A stretch of 64,000 nt of DNA from Selaginella moellendorffii (GCF_000143415.4 NW_003314276.1:1786107-1850106); one strand, 5' to 3'. Counted from the first letter of the stretch, positions 47,659 to 61,026 are shown. The notes: generated by a model from the sequence alone, not told the origin. Program-made: numbers and translations.

Positions 47659-49639
47659 AAGTATAACCTAAATCCCTAAGCAATAACCTTCATTTGCAAC
47701 ACCCATTGTCATATACATGAAATCACGTGGCTCTCAAATTGTGTTGAAGTTATTCATCAAACAAGGTAGCTAATTTAATTAAGATCAAAGCTATATAAAT
47801 TTCTTCTTAAACATCAATGGTATAAATGCTAATTCCTTAAAGTTTTTGTGTAGATGCCATTTATCCAAGAAGAAATTTCACAGATCTCAAAGGCAAGATT
47901 GAGGTGCATTCTATGTTCTAATATCCCTTTGTTAAATAGGTATTGTTCAAGTATTTTTGTGTTGCTTGATGCATCAAATCTGGTGATAATAAGTAGCATA
48001 TGGGTTTTGGAATCTAGGCTGTGAGAGTTGGTGGTGGCATTCTCTTTCCTAGGACATTATCTAATGTTTTATTTCTTTATCAAGATTTGGGAATTATTTT
48101 TGAATTATTCAAAAGTTATTCAGGAATAATCTCCTGGTTTGAGTGTTTGAAGTTAGTACCAAGCAATATAGTGTTCTCTAGATTGATCAATCTTAAGAAA
48201 TCTTGTAGCTTTGGCATTTCCAACTATTATTGAGGATAGAGTATAGATTTGCAAAGACTTTTGTTTGCCAAGGTGCACCATTGTTCTAGGGTGTGTTGTT
48301 ATAACACTAGTTCTAGATTGCATCACAAGACATAAGCACTAACAATTTAGCTTAGATTAATGCTTGCTAGGGTTAGATTTTTTTAGAGAGATTAAAAATT
48401 TATGGAAGAAAGTGGTGTCATTACTTTGTTTTGTGCTTGTAGTTCTTCCTCATCTTTCAAGGTTTGAAACATTTTTCTATTTTCTTTACCCCTTATTCTC
48501 AAATAAGAAACATATGCATAAGGATGCTATGAAGCTCATTAACAACTAAGCTTAAAATCCATCATGTTCATAGGTGGAAATCCATTTGACAAGGCTCGAG
48601 CAAATATGTCTGCACTTAACTTGTCTCAAAAACCATACACATAAGGTTTGAGAAAAGAAGATCTCCAAGTTGTTGGATCAATGGCTTTTATTAAAACCCC
48701 TAATAATACTTAAATTTTAGATTATGCAACACCAAGAATATACTTTAAAAAAACAATTAAACCTTTACTCTAAAGGTATATAATAGGTATTTTTAACCCT
48801 TTGAGTGATCCTACCCTAAACAAGTGTGACCACTTTAGATTTAATTCTCCTTTGCAAACTAGGATTTCTATTAGTGACACCAATATAGCTGGCATATTTA
48901 CTTTAAGATTCACTCATTCCATGGGACCTGCATCATTCACACAACACCAGAGTTATAAGTTAGATACTTTACTAAACTTTTTATAATTATTTCTCAAAAA
49001 TTTTATAAGATGGCTACTCAAGATGAGAGGTACTCAAGAAGAAGTTACCAAATTTATAGCACTATTGTTGACTCTATAACATGAGTTTAAATGAGATTCA
49101 CAACATAGTTGCAACTCTAGCTAACAAGAGCATTGTCTAAGATTAGGAGCACTAGTGATTTAAAGTAGAAATTATAAGCCAAAATTCCTAGAATAAAAAA
49201 TAGAACAATTTTTAAAATAAATCAATTTGGCAAAAATACATATTAGGAATAACTAGAATTGTTAATGAAAATGACAATGAAAACAATAAATCACTAAAAC
49301 TTCACTATGTACCACAATTCTATCTAATGAAATTCAAATCATTCTTCCTAAAATTTTATATAAAATTCCTCACAGTGTAACTTTATTTTAGAATAATGCA
49401 CATATATAGTTTTTGCCCAAAATCCCACATATAATTGCATACATAATCTTAAACCCTTAGTGCATAACCCCCCACTTTACTCTTGCCATGACACACCTCA
49501 GTTAACTGCCACATCAAATGGTTCAACCACTCACTAACAACTAGGTGAGGATTACATTGAAAGATGCACTAGGAGGGGTAGTAGGCAGATTAGTGAAGCC
49601 CAAGGTTAGATTTTACATGAATAATAGCCTAGATTTCAC

Positions 49640-50337
49640 GTGTGATCATCAAAAATAGAAATCTTTGGTAAGTTCTTCATGGTTAACTTCAGTGATCAAT
49701 CCCCACCTTTGTTACTTCTGGGCAGGGAGGAAAGAGATGAATTTCCAAGATGTAGTGCTCAAGAACAAACTGGTCATTGATGGAGATACTGCCCAAGGGT
49801 CTCAGATTGATGCATCCCGGCCACGGGATTTTCCGGATCGACGTCCCGGATTGGATGTAATTCCACTACATCCATGCCTGGGAGGAAGGGATGGACAAGA
49901 TTGTCATGTCCATTACGCCAGTGGAACATCTGTTTGACGATTTCGCTGGATTGTTCAACAGATTGCACAAGATCCACCTGGCCCTTCGATCTGGACGGTC
50001 GTGGAAGCAACATGTGTGCTCGGCAGGACTGGATTTTGCACCAGAAATTCCTGGGGCAGAAGAACCGTTGGCTAAGGTTGATCTGGTGTGGCATCATGGA
50101 GATTCGAACATGGTAAGTTTTGTGGCAAATGGTGAGGAGGAAGACGATGGATATGTCGTCTTAAGCTACGTCCATCATGAGAAAAATGGTGTCTCGGAGC
50201 TTTTGTTCATTCATGCCAAATCGCCCACACTTGAGACAGTGGCTTCTATAGAGTTGCCTGCTGGAGTTCCATATGGATTCCATGGGATCTTTAGAAATGC
50301 CGATCAAATAGCCAACCAAAACCATGCCACCTTCTAA
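49640..50337 (+). pseudogene. 5'-truncated CCD (duplicate of 38200-38970)
   Basis: Same breakpoint next to the AT-rich block, with additional deletions. Confidence 0.9.
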
Positions 50338-50389
50338 GAAAATTTGATATAGTTGTAGGAATTGATATAATCTCTTGAAAATATCTAAG

Positions 50390-52300
50390 CTATGTAACTA
50401 TGTGAGAATTGGCAATAAGAACATATGGAGCACTGTTACTAAGCTCCACACTAATGGCATTTTTCATTGCATCTCCACTCGCTACAGCTCCAAGCAAGCG
50501 CTTCCAATCCATGGAATCAGGGTAGTATGGCATCTCCCACAGAAGATTCTCAGCGTCTTTGACCGGACAAGCACACCAATCATACATGAGTAGTGTTGCT
50601 TTGAGGGTTTGATGGAGTGATCAAACTGGAAAGACACAAAGAGATCCCCAGCTATGGCAGCAGCACCTTTGTGAGCGCACGACGTGAGCAAAGCTGTTAA
50701 GCTAGCTTCATCAGGTGTATTAGTAGTGACCATGGTTTGCAAGGCATCCAAGGCTTTGGAAATGGCCCCAATCCGAGAGTATGCCACCAGCATTGCATCC
50801 CAAGATATGAAGTCCTTGTCCAGCATTGTTAAGAATATCCAATTTGCCATATCCAGATGCCCGTTTTGGGTATATGCAGAAAGCATTCACTCCATGGAGA
50901 TTGGTTTCTTTCTTGGATTGAATCGAACACACTTTTAGCTTCCAGTAACTGCAAATTTGATGAAAAACCAGACAAGAAAGCATTGAAAGCAATAGCACTC
51001 TTTTCATTGGAGTTGTCAAAAATTCTCTTAGCCAAAAGCATATGTCCAGTTCGGGCATATGCCGACATGAGCACAATCAGCGGTATCTCGCTGTGACCCG
51101 GCATTTTTTTGAAAATCCACAGGGCGTCCTCTAGCCTGTGGTTGTTTACATATCCTGTCAGCATGGCAGTCCACGTAACCTCGTTTCACTCCTTCATTCC
51201 ATCAAAGAGTTTCTTTGCTTTTTCCAGATGCCCGTTGCAAGCATATACTGTAATGAGAGCGGTTGCCGTGACTAAATGCTCGCCTTGATCAGGCAGACCT
51301 AAATATATGGCTTCGGCGTCGTGAGTCCGTCCTCGCCGAGAAGGCAAGCGCAGGATTGCAGTGCAAGCAAACGCGTTGTGGCGCTGCATGGTGTAAAAAA
51401 TTTGCTGAGCCTCGGCGATGCTGCTGTCGTCGTGATCTGCGTAAGCGGACAGGATTACCACGCATGAAACCACATCTATACACTCAATCGACTCAAACAG
51501 ATTCTTTGCCTCGTGAAAGCAGCCACTTTCCACCAAGACGACAAGCGAAACCATGCAGGCAACCAAATCCTTGTGAGGCAGTGCGAGGAAGAAATACTTG
51601 GCATCTTCCAAAAGGCCGTGCTGGCCAAAGCACTGAATCATGGACGTAAAAGACAGAGCATCAAATTCTGGCATGTTGGAGAAGATGTGCTTCGCCTCCT
51701 GCAAATACCCAGCTTGGGCAAGTGCTAATATCTGAGAGTTCCAAGCAACAAGATCTCTCTCAGGCATGGAGCTGAAGAGTGTCGTTATTTAAAACAAGTT
51801 GGTGGATTTGGATAGAATTGTAGTCCAAGAAATTAAGCTCCTTTCTGGCATAAGCTCAAAGAGCTGCATTGCTTTATCCAAATGCCCGTTTGTGGCATAT
51901 GCTAAGATCATTGCATTCCATGCTACAAGGCCTCTCTCTCTCATGGAATGGAAAACTTCTTTTGCCTGTAGGAGTAAGCCATGCCGAGAGAAGGCAGTGA
52001 TCATGATCGACCATGAAGCAACATCCCATTCGGGCATTCGATCAAACAACTGCTTTGCTTGGTCAAGATGGCTGTTTGATGCGAAGGCAGAGAGCATGGC
52101 ATTCCACGAGAATCGATTCCGTGATGTAGAGCCGCGGAAGATTTGCCATGCTGCCTCTGGGCATCCACACCTCCCATACATTTGCACCACCATGCCGCGA
52201 GGAGGTGCTCAATCTCATTGTGGAGCTTAGAAGCTGTGGATAGATTGGTACACTTCTTTATTGCATCCAACAAAAGCTCTCAAGAATCTAGTGCTAACAT
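50390..52300 (-). pseudogene. PPR pseudogene (copy of 54556-56499)
   Basis: Shares the TAA (51789) and the 1-bp deletion with 39023-40977, plus extra stops and deletions. Confidence 0.9.
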
Positions 52301-52327
52301 GGTTCTCTGTAAGAAAAAACCATATAA

Positions 52328-52717
52328 TCATGCACAATCTTGGATGGTTCCTTGGTTGTTGTAGAAACAATCATCAATTCGGAGATGAGTGTCATGATCC
52401 GCACCACTGTTGTCTTTGCACGTCGCATAGTAGACCAACTTTGGGATGGTTTCATTGTTATACTTGTAACCTGTGGGCGTGCATGTCTCTAAGAAATCTG
52501 TCCCGCCACACTTTAAATTGCCATTATCATTCTGGATGTGATTGTCCAAGACCAAATAAATCTCAGATTTTTCAGGGAGACACCATTCTAAATGAATATA
52601 GATTAGGGTGAATTCAAATATAGGACAAGTAAGTGAGAAATCCCCACACCCAAATGTTTTAGGAATGATTAAAGTAGCAAGCGAGGCAACAATAGAAACT
52701 ATCAATTGCACACCCAT
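52328..52717 (-). CDS. Secreted CVNH lectin, 129 aa
   Basis: Intact paralog of 40982-41371 (GDFSLTC, LDNHIQNDNGNLKC, DFLETC, LRIDDCFYNNQGTI). Confidence 0.85.
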   Translation of the reverse strand: MGVQLIVSIVASLATLIIPKTFGCGDFSLTCPIFEFTLIYIHLEWCLPEKSEIYLVLDNHIQNDNGNLKCGGTDFLETCTPTGYKYNNETIPKLVYYATCKDNSGADHDTHLRIDDCFYNNQGTIQDCA

Positions 52718-52829
52718 TCTAAAAATTTGAAGTACAAACGCTGAGATTTATTGGCAAGGGAAAATCCAATCAACCTTTATGGAGACGAAATTTTTTGCCA
52801 TGTAGTCCACGTAGGATTTGTATTGATGA

Positions 52830-54335
52830 ACAAAAATGGGGTTGTCAAACGTTCTCTTCGCAAAAAGCAAAAAGCATACGTCCATTTCAGGCAAGAGCAC
52901 AATCTGGTATCGCGCTGTGATCGGCATTGTTTCTAACGCTTCCTCCAACTTCTGGTAGTTAACATACCCTGTCAGCAAGGCGGTCCACGTAACCTCGTCT
53001 CGCGCCTTCATTCATCAAAGATGCCGGACTAAATGCTCGCCTTGATCAAAATATATCGTTCTTGAGAATACAAGCGCAGCATAAACGCTGCATGCTGTAA
53101 AAATTCTTCTCAGCCTCGACTGTCATCGTGATCTGCACAAGCACAGCACAAGACAATGGACTCGTGAAGCAGCCACTTTCCGCCAAGATGACAAGAAAAG
53201 CAGTGGACGCAACCAAATCCTTATGAGGGTGGCCAAAGCACTGGGCGTGAACGACAGAGGAGCAAACTCTGGCATGTTGGAAAAGATGTTCTTCGCCTCC
53301 TGCAAATGCCCAGCTTGGGCAGTTGCTGCTAGATAAGAGTTCCAAGAAACAAGATCTCTCTCAGGCATAACACAACATCCTGGCTGATAATAGATATTTC
53401 GCGGCCCAGCAGGTGTAATCCCTGCTGCAAGTCCTTCTTTGTCCACTCTTTTGAGATTCCTGCACAAACAAAGTCTGAAGCTCGTCCATACTCTCAACCA
53501 ACAATCTATAGACTTTTGTGTCTGGATGAAACCTGTTGAAACTGTTATGGAAGGATCTTCAGAAAGTTTTCTCCTTTAGCAGATCGTCACAAACACCAAA
53601 ATTTAAGAGAATAAACACAGGAAAATGATGAACAACAGCAAAAGTTCCACGCTGCCAATTCTTTGCTAGTCAAATCGTAGCAGAACTATCTTAATTCTGC
53701 TCAGAAAGAAAAAAAAAATGCTACAATGCACATCAAGCAAATTAAAATTCGCATCCAAATATTCTCTTAGCAAAACCATATGCCCATTCCGGGCATATGC
53801 CGATCACGCTGTGATCCGGCCTTTTTTCAACATTCACAGCGCTCCCTCTACCCTTTGGTTGTTTACATGCTGTCAGCTTGGCAGTTCACATCGTCGTTTC
53901 ACACATTCGATGGTTTAACTTTTCCAGCTGTAACAAGAGCAAACCAGGGCAAGAAACAAGACCATATCCCTACATAATCGTGCTCCAGGAGATTAAGCTC
54001 CTTTCTGGCATTAGCTCGTTGCTTTATCCAAATGCCTGTTACTGGCATAATTAGGAACGTCTTCTGCTTGTCGGAGGAGTCCATACCGAGAGAAGGGCAG
54101 TGGTCATGCTCGTCCCACTCGAGCATTCAATCAACAGCTGCTTGGCGACATTCCACGAAAATCAATTCCTCATTCTAGAGCCGCAAAAGACTTGCCATGC
54201 CACCTATGGGCATCCACACCTCATATACATTGCACCACCAAATTGGACGTCAAACAATCTCCCGCCGCCGAGGAGGTGCTTGATCTCATTGTGGCTGGAT
54301 GTGGGTAAATTTGATACGGTTCTTTATTCCATGAC
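52830..54335 (-). pseudogene. PPR remnants interleaved with an unassigned block (53372-53790) duplicated from 24368-24880
   Basis: RDEVTWTALLTGYVNY and MPERDLVSWNSYLAA fragments. The caacatcct...ctctcaacc block is shared with 24368 onward. Confidence 0.7.
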
Positions 54336-54555
54336 CACCTAAAATTACATTATTCTAAAGCAGAGATGATATTTCGTGTGGTGGTGCGTTAGGAGACATG
54401 AATCCAGATTGAATATATCTAGCTTTGTTTTTGGTCCACTCGTACCCGTCTAGGAATCATGGGACCATACCTTTACATGATGTTTCTATAGTCTTCATCC
54501 CCTCCAAGAAGCAAGGAACCATCCAAGATTGTGCATGATTATATGGTAGAGAACC

Positions 54556-56499
54556 ATGGTCACACTAGATTGTCGAGAGGTTTTGTTGGATGCAATAAAG
54601 AAGTGTACCAATCTATCCACAGCCTCTAAGCTCCACAATGAGATTGAGCACCTCCTCGCGGCAGGAGACTGCTTGGCATGCAATTTGGTGGTGCAAATGT
54701 ATGGGAGGTGTGGATGCCCAGAAGCAGCATGGCAAATCTTCCGCGGATCTACATCACGGAATCGATTCTCGTGGAATGCCATGCTCTCTGCCTTCGCATC
54801 AAACAGCCATCTTGACCAAGCAAAGCAGTTGTTTGATCGAATGCCCGAATGGGATGTTGCTTCATGGTCGATCATGATCACTGCCTTCTCTCGGCATGGC
54901 TTACTCCTACAGGCAAAAGAAGTTTTCCATTCCATGAGAGAGAGAGGCCTTGTAGCATGGAATGCAATGATCTTAGCATATGCCACAAACGGGCATTTGG
55001 ATAAAGCAATGCAGCTCTTTGAGCTTATGCCAGAAAGGAGCTTAATCTCTTGGACCACAATTCTATCCAAATCCACCAACTTGTTTCAAATAACGACACT
55101 CTTCAGCTCCATGCCTGAGAGAGACCTTGTTGCTTGGAACTCTCAACTATCAGCACTTGCCCAAGCTGGGCATTTGCAGGAGGCGAAGCACATCTTCTCC
55201 AACATGCCAGAATTTGATGCTCTGTCTTTTACGTCCATGATTCAGTGCTTTGGCCAGCACGGCCTTTTGGAAGATGCCAAGTGTTTCTTCCTCGCGCTGC
55301 CTCACAAGGATTTGGTTGCCTCCACAGTTTTGCTTGTCGTCTTGGTGGAAAGTGGCTGCTTTCACGAGGCAAAGAATCTGTTTGAGTCGATGGAGTATAT
55401 CGATGTGGTTTCATGCGCGGTAATCCTGTCCGCTTACGCAGATCACGACGACAGCAGCATCGCGGAGGCTCAGCAAATATTTTACACCATGCAGCGCCAC
55501 AACGCGTTTGCTTGCACTGCAATGCTGCGCTTGTATTCTCGGCGAGGACGGACTCACGACGCTGAAGCCATATATTTAGGTCTAACTGATCAAGGCGAGC
55601 ATTTAGTCCCGGCAACCGCTCTCATTACAGCATATGCTTGCAACGGGCATCTGGAAAAAGCAAAGAAACTCTTTGATGGAATGAAGGAGCGAAACGAGGT
55701 TACGTGGACTGCCATGCTGACAGGATATGTAAACAACCACAGGCTAGAGGACGCCCTGTATATTTTTGAAAAAATGCCGGGTCACGGCGAAATACCACTG
55801 ATTGTGCTCGTGTCGGCATATGCCCGAAGTGGACATATGCTTCTTGCCAAGAGAATTTTTGACAACTCCAATGAAAAGAGCGCTATTACTTTCAATGCTC
55901 TCTTGTCTGGTTTTGCATCAAATTCTCAGTTACTGGAAGCCAAAAGTGTGTTCGATTCAATCCAAGAAAGAAACCAATCTTCATGGAGTGCAATGCTTTC
56001 TGCATATACCCAAAACGGGCATCTGGATATGGCAAATCGGATATTCTTAACAATGCCGGACAAGGATCTCATATCTTGGGACACAATGCTGGCGGCATAC
56101 TCTCAGATTGGGGCCATTTCCAGAGCCTTGGATGCCTTGCAAACCATGGTCACTACTAATACACCTGATGAAGCTAGCTTAACAGCTTTGCTCACGTCGT
56201 GTGCTCACAAAGGCACTGCTGCCATAGCTCGGGATCTCTTTGTGTCTTTCCAGTTTGATCACTCCATCAAACCCTCAAAGCAACACTACTCATGTATGTT
56301 TGGTGTGCTTGTCCGGTCAGGGTATATCCAAGACGCTGAGAATCTTCTGTGGGAGATGCCATACTACCCAGATTCCATGGATTGGAAGTGCTTGCTTGGA
56401 GCTGTAGTGAGTGGAGATGCAATGAAAAATGCCATTAGTGTGGAGCCTAGTGACAGTGCTCCATATGTTCTTATTGCCAATTCTCACATAGTTACATAG
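54556..56499 (+). CDS. PLS-class PPR protein (31-aa repeat array, E-like end, no DYW), intact
   Basis: 647-aa ORF ending HYSCMFGVLVRSG...MPYYPDSMDWKCLLGA...EPSDSAPYVLIANSH. Confidence 0.92.
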   Translation: MVTLDCREVLLDAIKKCTNLSTASKLHNEIEHLLAAGDCLACNLVVQMYGRCGCPEAAWQIFRGSTSRNRFSWNAMLSAFASNSHLDQAKQLFDRMPEWDVASWSIMITAFSRHGLLLQAKEVFHSMRERGLVAWNAMILAYATNGHLDKAMQLFELMPERSLISWTTILSKSTNLFQITTLFSSMPERDLVAWNSQLSALAQAGHLQEAKHIFSNMPEFDALSFTSMIQCFGQHGLLEDAKCFFLALPHKDLVASTVLLVVLVESGCFHEAKNLFESMEYIDVVSCAVILSAYADHDDSSIAEAQQIFYTMQRHNAFACTAMLRLYSRRGRTHDAEAIYLGLTDQGEHLVPATALITAYACNGHLEKAKKLFDGMKERNEVTWTAMLTGYVNNHRLEDALYIFEKMPGHGEIPLIVLVSAYARSGHMLLAKRIFDNSNEKSAITFNALLSGFASNSQLLEAKSVFDSIQERNQSSWSAMLSAYTQNGHLDMANRIFLTMPDKDLISWDTMLAAYSQIGAISRALDALQTMVTTNTPDEASLTALLTSCAHKGTAAIARDLFVSFQFDHSIKPSKQHYSCMFGVLVRSGYIQDAENLLWEMPYYPDSMDWKCLLGAVVSGDAMKNAISVEPSDSAPYVLIANSHIVT

Positions 56500-56551
56500 C
56501 TTAGATATTTTCAAGAGACTATATCAATTTTTATAACTATATCAAAATTTC

Positions 56552-57325
56552 TTAGAAGGTGGCATGGTTTTGGTTGGCTATTTGATCGGCATTTATAAAG
56601 ATCCCATGGAATCCATATGGAACTCCAGCAGGCAGGCAGCTCTATAGAAGCCACTATCTCAAGTGTGGGCGATTTGGCATCCATGACCAAAAGCTCCGAG
56701 ACACCATTTTTCTCATCATGGATGTAGCTTAAGATGACATATCCATCGTCTTCCTCCTCGCCATTCGCCACAAAACTTACCATGTTCGAATCTCCTTGAC
56801 GCCACACCAGATTGACCTTGGCCAGGCCGCAGATTTTGGGCCATGGCCCATAGTAGCACATGTAGACGTACCGGTTCTTCTGCCCCAGGAATTTCTGGTT
56901 GATCTTTCCAAAATCCAGCCCCGCCGAGCACACATGTTGCTTCCACGACCGTCCAGATCGAAGGTCCAGGTGGATCTTGTGCAATCTGTTGGCCAATCTG
57001 GCGAAATCGTCAAACAGATGTTCCACTGGCGTAATGGACACGACGATCTTGTCCATCCCTTCCTCCCAGGCGTGGATGTAGTGGAATTACATCCAATCCA
57101 GGACGTCGATCCGGAAGATCCCACGGCCAGGATGCCGGGGAGGATCAATCTGGGACCCTTGGGCAGTATCTCCATCAATGACCAATTTGTTCTTGAGCAC
57201 TACATCCTGGAAATTCAACTCTTTTCCTCCCGTCTGGGCTTGCCTAGAAGTAACAGAAGTGGTGATTGATCACTGAAGTTAACCATGAAGAACTTACCAA
57301 AGATTTCTATTTTTGATGAGCACAA
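56552..57325 (-). pseudogene. 5'-truncated CCD (inverted duplicate of 38200-38970)
   Basis: Reverse complement of the truncated CCD, with an extra 4-bp duplication near 56632. Confidence 0.9.
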
Positions 57326-58332
57326 GTGAAATCTAGGCTATTATTCATGTAAAATCTAACCTTGGGCTTCACTAATCTACCTACTACCCCTCCTAATGCA
57401 TCTTGGGTTAGAACCTCAATGCAATCCTCACCTAGTTGTTAGTGAGTGGTTGAACCATTTGATGTGGCAGTTAACTGAGGTGAAGAGTAAAGTGGGGGGT
57501 TATGCACTAAAAATCCCACAATGGGTATTTAAATTATATAAGCATGGGATTTTGGTCAAAAACTATATATGTGCATAATTCTAAAATAAAGTTACACTGC
57601 TAGGAATTTTATATAAAATTTTAGGAAGAATGATTTGAATTTTATTAGACAGAATTGTGGTATGTTTTCATTTTCATTAACAATTCTAGTTATTCCTAAT
57701 ATGTACTGCCAAATTGATTTATTTTAAAAATTGTTCTATTTTTTATTCTAGGAATTTTGGCTTATATTTTCTACTTTAAATCACTAATCCTGGACAATGC
57801 TCTTGTTAGCTAGTGTTGCAACTATGTTGTGAATCTCATTTAAACTCATGTTATAGAGTCAACAATAGTGTTATAAATTTGGTAACTTCTTCTTAAGTAC
57901 CTCTATGAACTTTTTGAGAGATAATTATAAAAAGTTTAGTGAAGTATCTAACTTATAGCTCTGGTGTTGTGTGAGTGAATGAGTGAATCTTAAAGTAAAT
58001 ATGCTAGCTACATTGGTGTCACTGATAGAAATCCTAATTTGCAAAAGAGAACTAAGTCTAAAATGGTCACACTTGTTTAGGGTAGGTTCACTCAAAGGGT
58101 TAAAAAACCTATTATATACCTTTAGAGTAAAGGTTTAAATGCTTTTTTAAGTATATTCTTGGTGTTGCCTAATCTAAAATTTAAGTGTTATTAGGGGTTT
58201 AAATAAAAGCCTAACTAATTGAGATATATGATCTTCTTTTCTCAAACCTTATATGTATGGTTTTTGAGACAAGTTGAGTGTAGACATATTTGCTCGAGCC
58301 TTGTCAAATGCCTTTCCATCTATGAACATGAT

Positions 58333-58864
58333 TGTGAGACACAAAATCCCTAGGCCCCAAAGTGGAGCCGGAAAGGGTGCCACGTGGTAGTGGCTGAAGC
58401 GAGAGCCAAACGAGCGTAACACGTTTGGACCAAAAGCTCCGACTTGAAAAGTCAAGAGCGGGAGTGGAACTCCCAACGAAGTGCTCGAGGAACGAGCATG
58501 AAGCGAGCAAAAGGCGAGGCTCCAAAAAGGGACCCAAAAGGACCAACACATGACACGGGGGAGTGTCCGAGATGGACCCGAGTTGGAGTCCGAAGTGGAG
58601 TCCGAGATGGACCCGAGTTGGAGTCCGAAGTGGAGTCCGAGATGGACCCGAGTTGGAGTCCGAAGTAGAGTCCGAGATGGACCCGAGATGGAGTCCGAGA
58701 TGGAGTCCGAAGTGGAGTCCGAGGTGGACCCGAGTTGGAGTCCGAAGTGGAGTCCGAGATGGACCCGAGATGGAGTCCGAGATGGAGTCCGAGATGGAGT
58801 CCGAGATGGAGTCCGAGATGGAGTCCGAGATGGAGTCCGAAGTCGAGACCGAGACCGAGACCGG

Positions 58865-58902
<38 letters not shown>

Positions 58903-60022
58903 TCAGGATCGAGACCGAGACCGAGACCGAGGCCGAGGCCGAGACCGAGCCCGAGCCCGAGTCCGAGTCCGAATCCGAGTCCGAGTCCGAGTCCGAGTCC
59001 GAGTCCGAGTCCGAGTCTGGAGCCTGAGAGGGTGAAAGCCCAAAGCGTTCGTCTCCCAGACCCTGGGGGGTTTGGTGAGCTCCAAAAGTATAGTAAGGGG
59101 AGGACTGCAGTGGAGCCAGTTTGGCCAGGAAAGGCCAGTTTGGCCCAGGAAGGCTGGACCCAGTGTTGGGTGATGAGCTGCCCACTGGGAAGTCTAAGAC
59201 TAGAGTGAACACAGACCGACAAGCGGGGTAGCTTGGTGAAGTGTTCAAGAGCCGGCTCTAGTTCCCCCGGGAGATCGACTGGCCGATGCTCCCAGTCCAA
59301 GTGTGGGTGGCACTACCTACTTGGATACCTGGTGTGGCTCAACGGAACCCGCTCTAAGCCCATGGCTAGAGCACCCAAGGGCAGAAGGCGAGGAGAGTAC
59401 CCAGGTGGCTCGCGTAAGGCCACGGTGTTCCGAAATGTTGTCCCAAAGGCCCAGACTGTGGAAAGGAAGAGGAGTAGTCCTCTGGGGTAGTGACCAAGGA
59501 CACAGTCGTGTGGTGGGGAAGTCCCAGAGGACCGTGGGACTTAGTGGTCGGGCCTGTGGGTCTCGATCCAGTGGCAGTGTTGGCAAACACGGCCAGGGGC
59601 AGAAAGGGACTTAGTGGGGACTGACAGAGGGATATTGGGGAAGGCTATTCCCCTTGTCGGTGGGCATCCTAAGGATGCTAAGGAGTGGATCTGAGATGAC
59701 CACTCATGGATGGTTTGCCTAGTCTTGGAGAGCCAAGACGGTGATGCAAGTGGTATTGGACTACCAGTGTGGCAAAGGTGATTGGGCATGGCCTTAGCGT
59801 AACAGGCTGCTATGTCGGTGGTACCTTTGAGTGTCGGTCATGGGATCGGACACGTGGAGCACTTGGACCAAGTGCAAATGTTGAGTGGCATGGATGCCAT
59901 TCTCGGGGCTAGCAAGTCCCAAGTCCTGGATTGGACTTATGGAGGTTGTGAATGAGACTCCTCCAAGTGGTCAGAGGTGTGGTTAAGTGACTAAAGTAGA
60001 ATGGAAAATTTAGTCCCTTACA
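58333..60022. mobile_element. Solo LTR (1690 bp) with 5-bp TSD ATGAT
   Basis: Starts TGTGAG and ends CTTACA. ATGAT at 58328-58332 and 60023-60027. The empty site is present in sister blocks (about 37125 and 48560). GC-rich and non-coding. Confidence 0.88.
58561..59016. repeat. Compound hexamer-derived tandem array inside the solo LTR
   Basis: 36-mers, (GGAGTCCGAGAT)n, (GAGACC)n and (GAGTCC)n. Confidence 0.95.
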
Positions 60023-60951
60023 ATGATGAATTTTAGAGTATTTTTTAAGCTTAGTTGTTAATGAGTTTCATGGCATCCTTGTGCATATGTTTCCTACTTG
60101 AGAATAGGTTGTAAAGAAAATAGAAAAATGTTTCAAACCTCAAAAGATGAGGAAGAACTACAAGCACAAGACAAAGTAATGACACCACTTTCTTCCATAA
60201 ATTTTTAATCCCTCTAAAAAATTATAACCCTAGCAAGCATTAATCTAAGCTAAATTCTTAGTGCTTATGTGTTGTGATGCAATCTAGAATTAGTGCTGTG
60301 ACAACACACCCTAGAGCAATGGTGTGCCTTGGCAAACAAAAGTCTTTGCAAATCTACATTCCATCCCTAATAATAGTTGGAAATGCCAAAGCTACAAGAT
60401 TTCTCAAGATTGTTCAATTTAGAGAATACTATGCTGCTTGACACTTAATGGCATCTACCCTAAACCCTAGATCTAACTTCAAACACTCAAACCAAGAGAT
60501 TGTTCCTGAATAACCTTTGAATAATTCAAAGATAATTCCCAAACCTTGATAAAGAAATAAACCATTAGATAATGTCCCAGGAAAGAGAATGCCACCACCA
60601 ACTCTCACAGCCTGGATTACGTTTGATGCATCAAGCAACACAAAAGTACTTGAACAATACCCATTTAACAAAGGGATGTTAGAGCATAGAATATACCTCA
60701 ATCTTGCCTTTAAGATTTGTGAAATTTCTTCTTGGATAGAATGGCATCTACACAAAAACTTTAAAGAATTAGCACTTATACCATTGATGTTTAGGAAGAA
60801 ATTTATATAGCTTTGATCTTAATTAAATTTTAAATTGGCTACCTTGTTTGATGAATAACTTTAATACAATTTGAGAGCCACGTGATTGCATGTATATGAC
60901 AATAGGTGTTGTAGATGAAGGTTCTTGCTTACGCATTTAGGTTATACTTCA

Positions 60952-60952
<1 letters not shown>

Positions 60953-61024
<72 letters not shown>
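60953..61024. repeat. (CT)n microsatellite
   Basis: About 35 units, versus about 11-13 GA units at the homologous sites 36172 and 47628. Confidence 0.95.

Positions 61025-61026
<2 letters not shown>

Noticed and set aside
58561-59016. CRISPR-like or SdrD/Ser-Asp-repeat protein ORFs
   Set aside because: Contiguous tandem repeats with no unique spacers and no cas genes. The ORFs in all frames are artefacts of a stop-free hexamer array within an LTR.
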